Source of the DNA: Lytechinus pictus
Lineage: Eukaryota
Length of the DNA: 60,000 nucleotides
Assembly: GCF_037042905.1 (NCBI RefSeq)
Contig: NC_087246.1
Coordinates: 3,846,001 to 3,906,000 of the forward strand
Direction: 5' to 3'
Below the pieces are notes generated by a model that saw only the letters and a program-made list of their open reading frames with translations, was not told where the DNA came from and did no database searches. Numbering within the stretch: the first letter of the stretch is position 1; each line of letters opens with the position of its first letter. This document shows positions 1-14,352 of this stretch, piece by piece. The position numbers and the translations under genes were made by a program.

Positions 1-2826
1 TTTATTTCGATTTTGAATAATGTATTTCTTACCATCATAAAAGACCACAAATAGTAGGGGGGACATTTGATATTGTGTCCCCCCCTACTGTTTTGAGTAG
101 AGGGGACACGTCCCCCCTGTCCCTCTGGGATTTCCGCTCATGGCCATGCCTATTGATAGTGGATAAGATATATAGGCCTATATTCAAATAATGATATCGA
201 TAATTGAATCATGAAGCTAAAAGACGTCTTTTAGCTCTTGACAAAACCTTACACACGCGGCCACATGACAACTTCCGCCCAAGTCATAACCTAGCCGGAA
301 GTTAAGGGAAACTGGATTTACATTGTTTTTCTGTTTTTGCAAGTCTGTAACAACTAAGAATATTTGAATATATGTTGGTTTGACTTTGGCTTCCTGAAGA
401 ACTTGTTATAGTTAGAGTCACAGTTCTTGTTCAAATTACATTTCAGCAATCAATAAAAAACAACACTATGACAGTATAAACGCTCATTATTTAATGATAA
501 AACATTAAAATTTGTTATAATAATTCAAAGATGTCCCATCATAGTCCCATCTATTAAGTGCAGCTACTTGTTCAAAGAAATATGTTGTCAATGCCTTATA
601 AAGCACCGAATATTTGTCCTAATACCACTTGCGTCTTATTGAAAAAAAATTGCAATGTGACGATCATAATCATGATACAGTTGAAATTAAAAGTCAAATA
701 AGTATGAAATCAAAATTTCCTTAAAAAACACAAGAAGCAGAATGGGCATATTAAAAATGTGGAAAATGTGACGTAGCACACTCACTATGTTATCATCATA
801 TAAAAGTGATATTTCATTTCCCCTCGTATTATGTAAAACATAGTTTTACTACAAATAATAGGCTATTGATATAATTATGTAATGTGAAATCATGATTTTA
901 TCAATGGATTCTTAATCATTTAAAATAATTTTATTGAAATTGAAACATATGCATTTGATATTTCATGGTGAAAGAATACAAAAGATCATTAGTGTCATCC
1001 CTTGAAAAATCATAATATCTTATTTCACATAGAATTTTAATGAAATTTAATTCCTTTTTTTTTTGTTTGTTATTCGTTTCAACCTTCTACTTGAGAGGAT
1101 TTGGCCCTTTGTTGAATGAATCTGAATTTGTGTGGTTTAGAGATTAATTTTGATGCCATTTATCTATTGGGTTATCGTCGAGTAACACATGGCAACAGGA
1201 TATGCTCTTGTATGCTATGTCAGATGATTAATTTCGATATACCAGCTAACGTTCAAAGAGTTCAAATTCTTGTTTACAAAATATTATTTGTACAGATTTG
1301 ATTAGGGTTGTAAGAAATGCAATCATACTTCGTGAAAACACTATCGAAGCTGTGTAGGTATACTTATATAGTACTAGAAAATTTCCTGGAAGGTATTAAG
1401 GATTGATGATATACCATACTCCATAATATATGTATTTCAGCAAGTACGTGCTAACAAGGTAACTATTAACAGAATGGCTTTTTATGTCGATTACATGTTG
1501 TTTTCAATTCGGTAATGTCGCCATTTAACACAATGCGCTGGTGATAGACAATGACAATATATTCAAGGTCTAAAGCAGAAATTCATGAGGGAAATAGCTA
1601 TACTTCTGATACTGACATACAATGTATTTATTGTTGTTTTATCAAAAAAGGAAAAAAATGCATGGTGAGCCAAAAATCTTAGGGGCCTATGATGGCGTAT
1701 GCAGCAATTTTTTTTTAATCTGTGAGTGAGCGTAGCGAGCGAGGATTTTTCTTTGCCATCTTACTCTTAGTACTAAAACCAATTTTCTGATAGACTCTGG
1801 TATAATATTCAGTAAATAATATAACACTTCAAACTTTGTCCTTTCCCTTCCTGCTTTTTTCTCCTTTGGTCGTAATTTTGTTGAGGGAGTGTCCATAGCC
1901 TGAAGCCCCCATCTGTACGCCAATTAAAAAAAACCCCACTCTTTCTCTTTGGTCTATCTCCCCCTTCATCTCCCTTTCTCTTTGCCATTGCCACCCCTCT
2001 CTCCCTCTCTCTCTGTTTCTACCATCCTCTCATCTCTCCCCTTCTTCCTCTTTCATTTTCTCCCCTCTCAGTCTCCCTTCCTCTATCTTTCCTTCATTCC
2101 CTCACTCCCCTCTCTCATTCAGTAACTCAAATAAATCATACATTTCTCTTATTCCATCTCAATTTTATACCCAACATAATATATTTTTATTCAAAATTTT
2201 GTAGACAACTAATCCTGATCCTGGAAAGAAATTGAAATTATATTTCGTATTAAGCCCGCCCCCTCCCCCATGTAATCATGTTTCTGGAACTCGAATGGCA
2301 AGCCATACACAATAATACAATTTTACATTCATTTTCCTTGCTTTCTCACCTTGGTGTTGATGACACTTTATCCATAATTTTTCCTCGAACGATAGCAACA
2401 TTATTTTCTTTTGTCGCGTTTCTCTGAAATTATAGAATTTTCTCTGGCAAAGTTGATGTAGAAATTCTGCAGATTTAGTCTACTTTATGTAGGCTTTTCA
2501 AAGACTTCTTGCATTGAGTTAATCACACGATTGCTTGTCACCGTGGATATTAAACACGAGAAGACTGGAAGCAAAACTAGTTATCATAATCGGCCGATAT
2601 ATGACGGTGTCATGCTAGGTCAAATCGTTTATCACAATCACAACTACCATCAAGGCTTAATGGCCATGCGTGATGGGGCATCGAACTATTATAATTTTTT
2701 TCAAGTGTGACATGTGAAGGTATATGTATTTGTTAAAACAATTAAGTGACAATCTAAGCTTTCAGTAGGCCTATATCTTGGAAGAATTAGAGTAACATTA
2801 CTCAAATGAAGCATTAGCCTACTTAA

Positions 2827-3449
2827 AGGTCAAGTCCACCCCAGAAAATGTTGATTTTAATGAAAAGAAAAAAAAAGCAAACCAGCATAACGCTGAATAT
2901 TTCATCAAAATCGGATGTAAAATAAGAAAATTATGACATTTTAAAGTTTCGCTTATTTTTCACAAGACAGTGATATAATGCACAACTCATGCAGTGCCAT
3001 CATTATTATGCAAACGAGACAGTCAATGATTTCCCCCATTCACAATTTTTTGTACGCGTGTTTTATTGTTTGAATTATACAATACTTCAATTTTTACAGA
3101 TTTGACAACAAGGACCAATTTGACTGAACCATATAGTATTACACAATGCCAATTCCACATGTTCAAGAAGGAATTAATCGTTGTTTCACTTGACAATGAG
3201 GAAAAATGATAATATTTCATATTTCATATAAGAAAATACAAAAGAAATAATGAGTGGATGGCGTCATCAGCCTGCTCATTTGCATACCGACCAGGATGTG
3301 CATATAACTGTTTTGTGAAATTAAGCGAAAATTAAAAATGTCATAACTTTCTTATTTTACATCCGATTTTGAATAAATTTTCTGTGTCATGCTTGTTGGA
3401 TTTTTCTCTTCTGATTCAAATAAACTTTTTGTTGGGGTGGACTTGTCCT
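2827..3449. mobile_element. Kolobok-like non-autonomous DNA transposon (MITE)
   Basis: TTAA target duplication on both sides; TIR AGGTCAAGTCCACCCCA...TGGGGTGGACTTGTCCT; long imperfect internal inverted repeats; purine termini with TTAA are typical of Kolobok. Confidence 0.85.
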
Positions 3450-4916
3450 TTAACGCAACGTTGAAGCATTTAAACGGGTTGAAACCTGCATGGGGGTTAG
3501 AGCGGCGCTTAATTCATCATTGTTGCGAGATTCGAGGGATCGATGTTGTATGTGTGAATTTTGAACAGTTGGCTAAAATTGATTTTTTTTCAACACGACT
3601 TTATGTTATTGTATGAATGAACTTGAATAGCAAACGGTGTTGCATCTAATTATGATAACCTCGGAACAATCCAGTCAGGTACGTGCTATGAGCCAATGAT
3701 TTTTAGGGGGAACAATATGACGTAGCCCTTTGTGGCAAAATGTTAAGAAGTCGCGAGCAAGCGAAAAATGTTACCTACTTACCCTTTCGAAAACAAAATC
3801 TGATTTTGTGATAGATTTTGACACAATATTAGGAAAATGATTAATTTAACCCTTCCCTCCCTTTTCTTTCGTTTTCTGCCCCCCTTTTTCTTTACTCTTC
3901 TCCACTTTTATCCCTAGTCATGTAATCATTTATAGGGGGCAGAGCCCCACCCTGTAAGCTAATGTGGCCAACTCTAATGTCACTATCACTGAATAGGCAA
4001 ATTAATGCTTATATACAACATTACTTTCCCCCTCCTCTCTTTCCATGACCCCCCCCCCATCAACTCCATATTTTATTTCCATTCCGATTTATTTCCGTAG
4101 TCATTTAATTTTGCTTGTGTCTATTTGTCTTATTATTTTGTCTTGTTCTACTGGTCATCTGCTCCTATTGTCCTTGTGAATATAAACTCTCTCTTTCTCT
4201 ATCTCTCTCTCTCTCTCTATTTTTCTTCATTTATTTTACAGTTGCTCTTTTAATCATTGATATTTGGGAAAATAATGAATGGTAGGACAGGGAATGGTTC
4301 CATGGATGGAACGGGGAATTGATACAGCAGGTCAACATAATTATACTAGAACATTATGGATACACAAATCTATATTAATTATAGATCTACTGTGTATTTA
4401 AAAAAAATATGCATTTGAACATTTTTCTTAAATCGTCTTTTATACTCACTACTATTTCTTTGACGAACATTGATAATTACCACATCGCCCATTAATGAGA
4501 TTTTTTTTCCTAAGAAAAATTGCAGTTACACTTATATGTTGTATTACATACTTCCGTCTATAATGTCTTCCTACTGTCTTTTTGTTCCTCCTTAATCTGG
4601 TTCACTCTCGCTCGAGTCCCTCTGTCCACCCCTCTCTCTGTTTCGTCTACCTTTTCTCTTTATATTTGTCTTCTACAAAGTGCATCTTCCTGTGATGCTT
4701 CTTAATATTTAAGTATAGAAATACGTATTTTTTTTAAAATTTCATTCCAGTATAGCTTCCTGTATGAGATGCAAAAGGGATTACTCCATCAAGTATCAAG
4801 TATAATTTTTTTAAATTTTATTACAGGCTGTCAATTGTGTAAAGATGATCAATTATTATTTCATTACATATCTTGCATTTTGTATATAAGGACTGTTTGT
4901 TTTGAAATTTTGATAA

Positions 4917-5048
4917 ATGAATATCATTATAATCATAATTATGATAATAATAATAATAATAAGAATGATAATAATAATAATTATTATTATTATTATTATT
5001 GTTATTATTATTATCGTTATTATTATTATTATTGTTATTACTATTATC

Positions 5049-5085
<37 letters not shown>

Positions 5086-5175
5086 ATTATTATTGTTGTT
5101 GTTGTTGTTATTATTATTATTATTATCATTATAATCATCATCATCATTATCATCACCATCATCATCATCATATCG

Positions 5176-5209
<34 letters not shown>

Positions 5210-5212
5210 TGT
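4917..5212. repeat. compound trinucleotide microsatellite (AAT/ATT/GTT/ATC)n
   Basis: Direct reading. Confidence 0.95.
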
Positions 5213-6959
5213 AATGTAACAGTTGTTATCATTATCCGAACATTCGAGGAACAAATACTAATCTAGGCCGTGCTCCGCCTCTCCCCCCTCGCCCATATTT
5301 GATTTTTTTTTTAATAGAATTTAATTATGACTCCTCCCCTTTAACTAAATCCCAATCTTTAAAGATTCCTGCATCTTCCAGACTTTAACGAGTCAAGGTC
5401 ATGTTTCAAGGCTAAACTCCTCATATAGTAGCTCCATGTTTCATCTTTTCACTAATTTCAATTCAATATTAATTCTTTTGATAACTCGTATAATATAGGC
5501 GTGTACCTTAGAAGGTGAAATTACACAAGGAGACCCAATGCGCGGTTTGCCTGATTGTGGACATACATCGTTCTTCAGGTGCATAGTCTTATAGGCTTTC
5601 ATAAACCTTCTCAACCGCATTTTATAAACATACATGTACGCCTACACCTCTTTGCTATATCTGAATCTGCAGTATTTGTGGAGGAATGTTTCCTGTGGAG
5701 AGGAGATGGCGTTCACTCTGCTCTCTGGCTGGTTGGTTGGGTGGGGGGGGGGGGGGGCGCTCGTTCGGTGACGACGCTGTTGGAGTCCGCGCAGCCAACC
5801 TTCGCATCGCCAAGGAAATGCTATCTCGCTTCGCTCCCGGATTTTTTTTTTATATCGGCCCCAACGAAACATTACTCTGAAAGATACAACCATTATACAA
5901 ACTTAGTATTAGCTTGACAGAGTTATTGGGCCGAATGAACAGTGGTGGCGCCAATGCAATTTGTTAGGGGGGGGGGGCAGTTCTTAAAGTTTGTGTCATT
6001 TCTTTTCAATTAAACAGTTAGGGTTTTAGAGGATTGCACGATCCAGATTCGTATTTTTTATAGCAGTCAATCTGTTTTCTTCCATTCCCTGGGGTCTTTT
6101 TTTTTCACTCTCTTTCCTTTTTTATATAACGTATCTACTTTGTTAATCGTGAGGGCGGTGGCCCCTTCCGCCCTTGTACCTTGCTTGTACTTGAGCAAGA
6201 GGTCCTACACACAATATCACAGAGAGAAATTTTCTCGCGAAGGTGCACAGTATGAAAGCATACTGATTCAACCAAAAAGTTAGCAAATGGCTGAAAAGGG
6301 GCAACTGTTATTTTTGAAGCATTGATCAATTATTCAATTTTGCAGTTACCTCGACGACAAAGAAAGATTTGAAACCATCATCATAATACTCACACGAAAT
6401 CGATTCCTCAGTTGACCAAACGTCAACGGCTCTGGTACAGATTTGATGAGAGAATATCTGTCATGGGTTATTAAATGAATATGATAAAAGAAGCAAATAA
6501 GTTACACCCCTATTAAGATAAGCAAATGTACCCATATCTTTGATATTACATTTGATATTGTATAATTATTACTATTATTATTATATTTTTATATTGTTTA
6601 ATATAAATATGGAAATAAATGAATTTAATTGAATCGAATGTATGTTGACAGTTCTTGAGAAGAATAAATGTCGGAAGACGAATATTTCACTTGACAAACG
6701 AGAGTTTGACCAAGGAAGCCCCATCACTACCCTTTCAAGTGAGGTACTTGTGATTTTGTTTTATTCCACACATTGAAAATAATTATCCCGTCTTTTGTAA
6801 CTCATGTTCTTGAGAAACCCTTGGATGGAATGATGTAAATAGACCTAACGACACGAACGAACTGCACTATCGCTATAGTTACCATTCTTCTTCACTCAAA
6901 ATTTATGGACTGCAGTTGGAACTCAAGATTGAAAACGTTATGAATTCATATTAGAAAAA

Positions 6960-7322
6960 TTAGACTAAAATTTGAAAATCAAAATAGTAAGAGTTGATCA
7001 AAATTGCATGTAAGTGGAAAAAGAAATAAAATTATTTCGTTTATTTTTTACAAAACAGTTATATGCACAATTCAGTGATATTCACTTACTATTTCTTTGG
7101 TATTTCATAGTATGAATAATATATTTTTTGCAGAGGAAACATTTCACCATACGTAATGGCGTAATGGCAATTCATCATGTTCAGGGAACAAATTTCCCTC
7201 ACCTGCATACTCTCCAGGATGTGCATTTTGATTTTGATGAGTTTTTCAGCGTTAATTTCTTGGACATTTCTCTTTTTCTTCCAACCAACTTTTTTGTTCG
7301 GGTGCGGTGGACTTCCATTTAA
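6960..7322. mobile_element. degenerate Kolobok-like MITE fragment related to 2827-3449
   Basis: Internal similarity and right end GGTGGACTTCCATTTAA. Confidence 0.55.
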
Positions 7323-8386
7323 ATTTTAAGAGAATAATAAATTGATTGTACATGCAATTCAATGTTACAGGGCCTGCTTGAAAATACACATTTTCTATCA
7401 AATCTCATATTTAACAAAAGTGCAGTCTCACTCATTTTTTTTTTTCAAGAGAGCTATGAGAATCTCGATGTACTTCTTCTTATAGGCCATATTCAGACCT
7501 TATGCAAGATAAATTATGTTTGACGTAGAAGAATGAAGAAAGAACAAGAAATAATTGTGCTGCTTCTCTCACTCTGCTCAATTTATTTATCGCCAGTGGT
7601 GCCTTCCTCCTCCCTTAACCACCTTCCATGTCTGGTTAGACCATGTTGAGATACGTAAGTGGAGGAATAGAAGGTGTGAGGGTGTGTGTGTGTTTGTGTG
7701 TGTGTAATGCAGAGAGAAAGAGACAGGGGGCTAAAATATTAATGGGTGGAAAAGAAGGAAAAAATAAGGAAAAGGGAAGATAATAATTATGTGACTGAAT
7801 AAACATGATAACAGATGAATAAGAAAGGAGAGGATGATAGGGCTAATGAGGCGATTGCAAGCAATATTCTTTGGTTTGAAATTAATAATATCTCTTACAA
7901 TCAATTTCTATTTGTGAATGTTGTTAAATTACAACTTTGCAATTGACTCCAATTATGTTTCTAGTAATTCTACCCATAAAGATAAGATTGAAATGAAGAA
8001 AGTGAAGATCAGAACATACTGTATACATTAATAAAGGGAAACTCTATAATATCTTTTAGAAAGTAGAAGATTATTGTACAAAATGAATGACTCTATTGCA
8101 AGATAATATCACTTTGGAGACAAAATTTTATTTTCTTGATACTAGATAGAAATGGAGAGACCTTTGAATATTAGCTGATATACATGTATAAAGGATAGAT
8201 GAAGCAAAATGGGTAGAAAAAATGTAATGAAAACGAAATAGTACGACAAGAAGAAAAAGGAAAGAACAACATAATATAAGACAATGTAGAAAAAAAGGTT
8301 GATAAAACGTAAATACTCGAGTGGAAACTATTAAAACGTTGGAAGAAAACGATTGTGAAAATGTGAGGATGAATGAAGGCCCTGGT

Positions 8387-9080
8387 GGGTGTTTCATAAA
8401 GCTGTTATATACCCCCGTCACACTTATTCGGAATCAGCAGGAATCGAGCAGAACCAGCCGGAATGAAGAACTTTCAAAATTCGTGCCACTTTCGGGAGGG
8501 AATTTGAAATTTTCACTACTTTTGCAAAAATGTCGTTCGAATACTTAGAACGTCCTTTGATCCCGCCTCGAATCATTCTTGCACATTCCGGGTGTATTGA
8601 CTGTCGAATGCAGCTCGAATACAGTCGGAACACAGGAAGAATAATTAAGAATGCTGTTAGAATGCAGCAAGAATATTTAGAATGCAGTCAGAGAGCAGTC
8701 AGAATGCACTTCGAATGTCGTTCGATATTTCTCCACTTCGAATGCACTTCGAAAGTTTTGAACATGAGCAAAACATTTGGGCCGGTCACAAGAATGGACC
8801 CGAATGTCTGGAATGCACTCAGAATGCAGTCAGAATTTTTAATATGCGCTTCGAATATCCAGGAATGTACCAAGAATTTTCATTCCGACGGCATTCCGGC
8901 TCATTCCACCTCTAGTGTGACGGGGGTTTTAAGAGCGACTTTAAGAACGACTGGTGATCCTTTCTTGTTGAAAATTGTATAAAGTTGAATGTTCATTGAC
9001 AATGGTTTAGCGCGTAAGAAAGGTTCACCAGTTGTTCTCAAAGTCGCTCTTCACTTACGAACAGCTTTATGAAACGGCAC
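8387..9080. mobile_element. palindromic MITE interrupted by a second MITE (8411-8927)
   Basis: Outer arms GTTTCATAAAGCTGTT..AAGAGCGACTTTAAGAACGACTGGTGATCCTTTCTT versus reverse complement at 9016-9080; inner TIR ACCCCCGTCACACT...AGTGTGACGGGGGT with GAATG/TTCGAA-rich interior (Harbinger-like). Confidence 0.8.
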
Positions 9081-9270
9081 ACAGAACTGTTAACTGATCG
9101 TTATGGTTGAGAAACACATAAAACTATATGAAGAAAATTCGAGAATTATGGTACATGACGGTACAAGACAAAATAAACTATGACTTATATGGATGAATTT
9201 TCCCAAAAATATGAGAAAGAAAATAGGATCGTCATTTTATTTTACTTTATTGCACTATAATAATTGATAA

Positions 9271-9490
9271 CGTGGCATGGTGGCTCTGTGCACTGTAGAA
9301 CGGGAGGTCGTTGGTTCAATCCTCGACCGGCAAAGTGATGGGACCTTCTGCCTTCTTGCCAGGCGCTCAATTAACTTTTGAGAATGGAAAAGGATAATAA
9401 CAATATATTATGTTATACAGGCCCTGCTTTAAAATCAGCTTTTAGTTGAAGGTTATTTTTTTACCCTGGGTAAACAATTATTATTTTTTT
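9271..9490 (+). mobile_element. degenerate tRNA-derived SINE
   Basis: A-box-like TGGCATGGTGG, B-box-like GGTTCAATCC, AT-rich simple tail. Confidence 0.45.
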
Positions 9491-10005
9491 ATTATCCAAG
9501 AATGGAGTCTAATCTCTGTACTCGCCAACAATACCTCCATCAAATTGTGAAATAATCAGAAATCAACAGGATAGGGGTTGTGTATTAAACGTGGAATTTG
9601 ATTTTAAAGTCAACAATAAAGTGAACATTTGTGTCCTACAATTCACCTTCACAAGTTCGTCCTATAATACAAGTCAGGTTGATTGTTTGGGATCCCTCAA
9701 CTATGATTTTGACAAAGGATAAAGAAAGCTCTTGTTTACCAAATGAAGGTCAAAGTCTCTTAATGAACAATGAACAATTTTATTTGTCTTCAGATATTAG
9801 TAAGAGCCATGAAAGTATTGACTGACTACAGGGTATACTTTTTTAAACGTCGGATTATTCTTAAATGGACTTGTATCAATCAGAATGATTATGATATTAT
9901 TAAACTAAAGTTTAATGTCACCATCTGAAAGACATGACCAGAGGCTGTAGAACTGCTGGTCTTATACAATCAGTATGTAACATACATACAGTGCAGGTGG
10001 GTTAA

Positions 10006-10596
10006 AGGGATGGTCCGGGCTGAAAAAATTTGTATCTAATTCACACAGCAAAATGCTGAAAATTTCATCAAAATCGGATAACAAAAAAAAGAAGTTATTG
10101 AATTTTAAAGTTTATCAATATGTTGGGAAATCAGTTATATGCACATCGTCATGATCGAATATTCATTAGGTGGGCTGATGATGTCACATCCTCACTTTCC
10201 TTTCTTTATGTTATACATGAAATCATAAATGTTTCATTTTTTTCATACATGACTAAATGATGTGTCTCCATTATGATGAAATAAGTTGCGGCAATAAAAA
10301 ATAATGCACTTAATCAGTTATCAATCCAATTGTTTTAGCTCCTGGTAGAACAATTTAGAATAAACCTAATTTCATATAATAAAATACAAAAGAACAAGTG
10401 GGATATGACATCATCAGCCCACCTAATGAATATTCATAAAGACATGCCTAGAACTGTTTCACCGGAATAATGCACATCTTTAAAATTCAATAACTTCGTT
10501 ATTTGTTATCCGATTTTTATCAACTTTTCAGCATTTAGCTCTGTGAATTTTACTATATTTATCGAGATATAAATATCTCCAGCCTGGACTATCCCT
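10006..10596. mobile_element. Kolobok-like MITE
   Basis: TTAA TSDs; TIR AGGGATGGTCCGGGCTG...CAGCCTGGACTATCCCT; long internal inverted arms. Confidence 0.85.
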
Positions 10597-11081
10597 TTAA
10601 TACACAACGCCTAGTAGTGATGTGCATCGAGTGGCAGATATTCACTTGTTATAAATAGGGGTGGGTCAAGGATTTCGAGACTAATGGGGCTCCAGAAATT
10701 TGTTCGATTTTTAAGGGGAGAATTTTCTATTAAGCAAAGGCCCCACCCCCAAAAAAAAAGGATGCAGGGAAAAGCTGGACATTGCATGAGAGCAATGGCG
10801 TTTTTGAGCGGCTAATAGTATACGGTGCATGATTTTAAATAAAATGTGCTTGAACCAAGTGATATTTTTTTGTCTTCTGATTAATGACATTCTCACAAAT
10901 TATGTCAGTAGAGCCCAAACGTAAACTCATTTAAATTAAAACTTGAGGTTTCAAAATGTATTATGTCGTTATATATTTTCTGCTCATATATGTTTTAATA
11001 ATTTGATAATAAGAGTAAATTTCAAATATGATAATATCTTAGATTTGAATAAAGTAATGTATGTATATGTTAATCATTATG

Positions 11082-11440
11082 TTTTTATTGTCTCGCCTGC
11101 ATAGCAGAGCGAGACTATAGGTGCTGCTTTTCTGACGGCGGCGTCGTCAACATTGAAATCTTAACCAAGGTTAAGTTCTTGAAATGTCATCATATTTGAG
11201 ATAGTACATGGACCTAGTTCATGAAACTTGGACACAAGGGTGATCAAGTATTACTGAATATCCTGCCCGAGTTTCAGGTCACATGACCAAGGTCAAAGGT
11301 CACATATGGTCAATGGACATAATATTTTATTATCATATTAGTATTTTCTTCTGTGAATAATTAGCTGTTTTCAAAGGCAGCACTGCTGCTATATCGAATT
11401 GCGTAAGGCAGGCGAGACTGCCAAAGGCGTTCCACCTGTT
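11082..11440 (+). mobile_element. Helentron-associated non-autonomous element (HINE/DINE-1-like)
   Basis: T-rich start; subterminal IR GTCTCGCCTGC (11090) and GCAGGCGAGAC (11408); 5' partial palindrome; GGC microsatellite; core CATGAAACTTGG...GGTCAAAGGTCA. Confidence 0.75.
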
Positions 11441-12129
11441 GTTATGATATGTTGCAAAAAATATCATACTTGTTTATACTTTTGTTATTGGAATGTGGAA
11501 ATAAAATAAAATTAAAATCAAATCAAATTATTCCAAAATATACAGAAGGCCCATATTCTAGTTCATGAACATGTAGGTCTATAATAATGTAATATGGGCA
11601 GAAGGTAATATGAGTATTGCGACAGCCAAATACAACGGAATTATTATTGGAGCCACGTATGAATAAACCCTGAAATTATAAATCTGTAAGAGAGAGAGAA
11701 CACCCCCGCCCCCCACAAAAACGGTTATACTCTCTTTGTTAAGTATATTAAGTGCACGTATAAATTATGCCACGGATATGTATACAGCTATATTCATTAC
11801 AAACATAAATTATACGGGTATGACCTATGCGTTGCAAATGATAGCTTGGTTAATGAATGAAAACAATGTGCACAGAAGAGCTACCAGTTAAAGTTTTAAT
11901 ACCAATTTACGAAGACCTGAAAGATGGGTGGCAATAGTTGGGTTTCGGGCATTTTCATGACACACTCCTGTTTGTATAATCTACCACATGTTCCTATACT
12001 AATTAATGCCATTTTAAATTGAAATTCCTCATACTGATTTTGATTTTTAATGCCATAATTCAGTGGATTAAATCATGAATAGAGTTGACCGGTATATAAA
12101 TTAAATATAGACTGCTATTAGCTTTGAAA

Positions 12130-13757
12130 TTATTTTCGGCTGCTCCTTTTTTAGTAGAACCATTGGTATATTTATATAATAGGACATTGCGAACATCCAA
12201 GAGATTTAAAGACGGCAAGAATTACTCCAATAAAGGAGGATCATAATGATATCTATAATTTTAGACCGATATCTGTTCTACCGATCTTTTCTAAAATATA
12301 AGAAAGAGCAATCCACAATGAACTTTATGTATACTTGAATGACAACAATCTGCTAACGAATTCTCAGTCAAGTTTTAGATCTTTGCATACTACATGTCTA
12401 ACTGAAATTACAGACTCTTTTTTTTTAAATAAAATGGATCAGGGCGAATGTTTGGAGGTATTTTCCTCGATTTACGTAAAGCGTTCTATGTTATACCACA
12501 CAATTTCATTCTTGGAAAACTGAAGTATTATGGAATTAAGGGTAACGAATATTATTGGATTAAAGCATATTCAACAGACAGGAGACAGTTTGTCGTAGTA
12601 AATAATTGCATCATTGAAAGTGTAAAAAATAGATGAGGCGTCCCACAGGGATCCATATTGGGTCCATTAATGTTTTTTTATTTTTATCAGTGATATGATA
12701 ATGTAACTTGAATTTGAATGTCAATTCCAACATGTGTCTTTATGGAGATGATACTGCTCTTTTCTGTCAGGATGTATTATCTAAGGAGGTTTAAAAAAAA
12801 TCTGCAAAGTGATTTTGATGTTATCTGTAACTGGCTCGACCGTAACGGTATGCATTTGCATCTAAAAAAGACAAAATTCATGGCTTCTGGTCACAGGAAA
12901 AGATTGAGAAATGATGCTTTAATGATAAAATATAGAAATGAACCCATATCAAATACTTGGGTGTAATACTTGACTCTGGTATGACGTGGGGAGAACATGT
13001 ATCTAATATCATTGTTAAAATATCTCGTGCGATAGGTTGTATATAAAGAGAATCAATCAATTCCTTCTGCCTAGGATTCTTAAGAATTTAATTTTGCCAC
13101 GATTTTACCTCACATTGATTAGTGTTGTACAGCTTGGGGAAGCTATGCAAAAGACTGTAGAATAAGTATGCCCGAATAATCTTACTTTCCAACATGAATT
13201 GTTGTCTACACTCAAATGGCAAACAGTGGAGGAACGTAACTATCTAATATCAATATTGTATTCTTGCTTTCAAAATACAAAACGATTTAGCACCAGCCTA
13301 TCTGGAACCAATATATGCAAACGTATTTGTGACTTATTAAACACGATATTCTGAACAATGTCCCCTTCAAATACCCTGCCCAAGGACGGATTATAAAAGA
13401 AAATCTTTTGAATATGTTGCTGTCGTCTTATATAATTCGCTCCCTTGTGATATACAAAAATGAACGTCCACGCATTAAAAAAAACTGTAGATTGAAATTA
13501 TGACTGTCATACATGTAATTAGACTGAATAACTTGAAGAAACGATTCCATGATACTTGTTGATTCACTCTCTATATAATTATAATGTATTCTGTTTTACT
13601 TAATTATACGTTACATACGTTGAATTACTTTGATGTTGAGTTATTTGTTAAACTACAGGGCGCCTTTGGAGAGCAATTTTGCATAACTGAACAGACATAC
13701 CCTGCAATTTAAGATAAAGATAATAAACAAACAAATAAATGAATAAATAAATAATTA
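12130..13757 (+). mobile_element. 5'-truncated, decayed L2/CR1-group LINE (RT fragment)
   Basis: Broken RT motifs NFRPISVLPIFSK, GGIFLDLRKAF, GVPQGSILGPLMF, YGDDT with stops and frameshifts; 3' (AAAT/AAAC)n tail. Confidence 0.88.
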
Positions 13758-14154
13758 AATTCGGTCTGTAATTTTTCATTAGAGCTATCTCCCGAGACGT
13801 AGACGAGAGTTAATTGCGAGGAGAAATCTGCCCAGTCCTGGGCAAGTAGTTTTGATATACCCCGAAGGTGGTGAACAAATGTTTGTCAAGTTTATCTTTC
13901 TCGAAATATATCGTAAAATTCAATTTTACTCTTAGATTAGTTCGTACATTGATCAGAAACGCTTCAAATATTTTTCAAAAAATTAATCTGTCACTATATC
14001 TGTTTTCGTTTAATAAGAACATGATGAATTAATAATACACATATGACAAATACAAAGGGGGTTAATGCCCATCCCTCTCAACTTTTGGAAATAGTGAAGA
14101 AAAAAAATGCGTTCCCCGATATTGATGTTATTTCAGCGGAATCAAATAACTCAG

Positions 14155-14352
14155 AGTGGCACCAGCTGAAAGTCAACTCTATTCTGAGTTAAAGTGTCTC
14201 CGATTTTGAATGAACTTCACTCGGACAGATGTGGCATCAGCTGAAAAAAAATCACTTCACCGAGTCAAAGTAATTCGGAAACGAGTCACAGTAACTCGTA
14301 AATGAGTCACTTTGACTCGAAACAGAGTTGACTCTCTGCTGGCGCCACATCT
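14155..14352. repeat. short imperfect inverted-repeat element
   Basis: GTGGCACCAGCTGAAAGTCAACTCTATT...GAGTTAAAGTG versus reverse complement CACTTTGACTC...AGAGTTGACTCTCTGCTGGCGCCAC. Confidence 0.6.

Noticed and set aside
4769..5219. Overlapping poly-I/N/Y/L ORFs
   Set aside because: Artifacts of trinucleotide microsatellites
2348..6470. Possible minus-strand exons (donor-like sites near 2350, 5506 and 6390)
   Set aside because: No consistent reading frame or recognizable protein similarity could be assembled by eye
8530..8982. 150-aa ORF
   Set aside because: Lies within a repetitive MITE, runs across its TIR and has no recognizable domain
12130..13757. Functional reverse transcriptase (retron/DGR-like system)
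   Set aside because: Numerous stops and frameshifts, LINE-type motifs and a simple-repeat tail identify a dead retrotransposon copy
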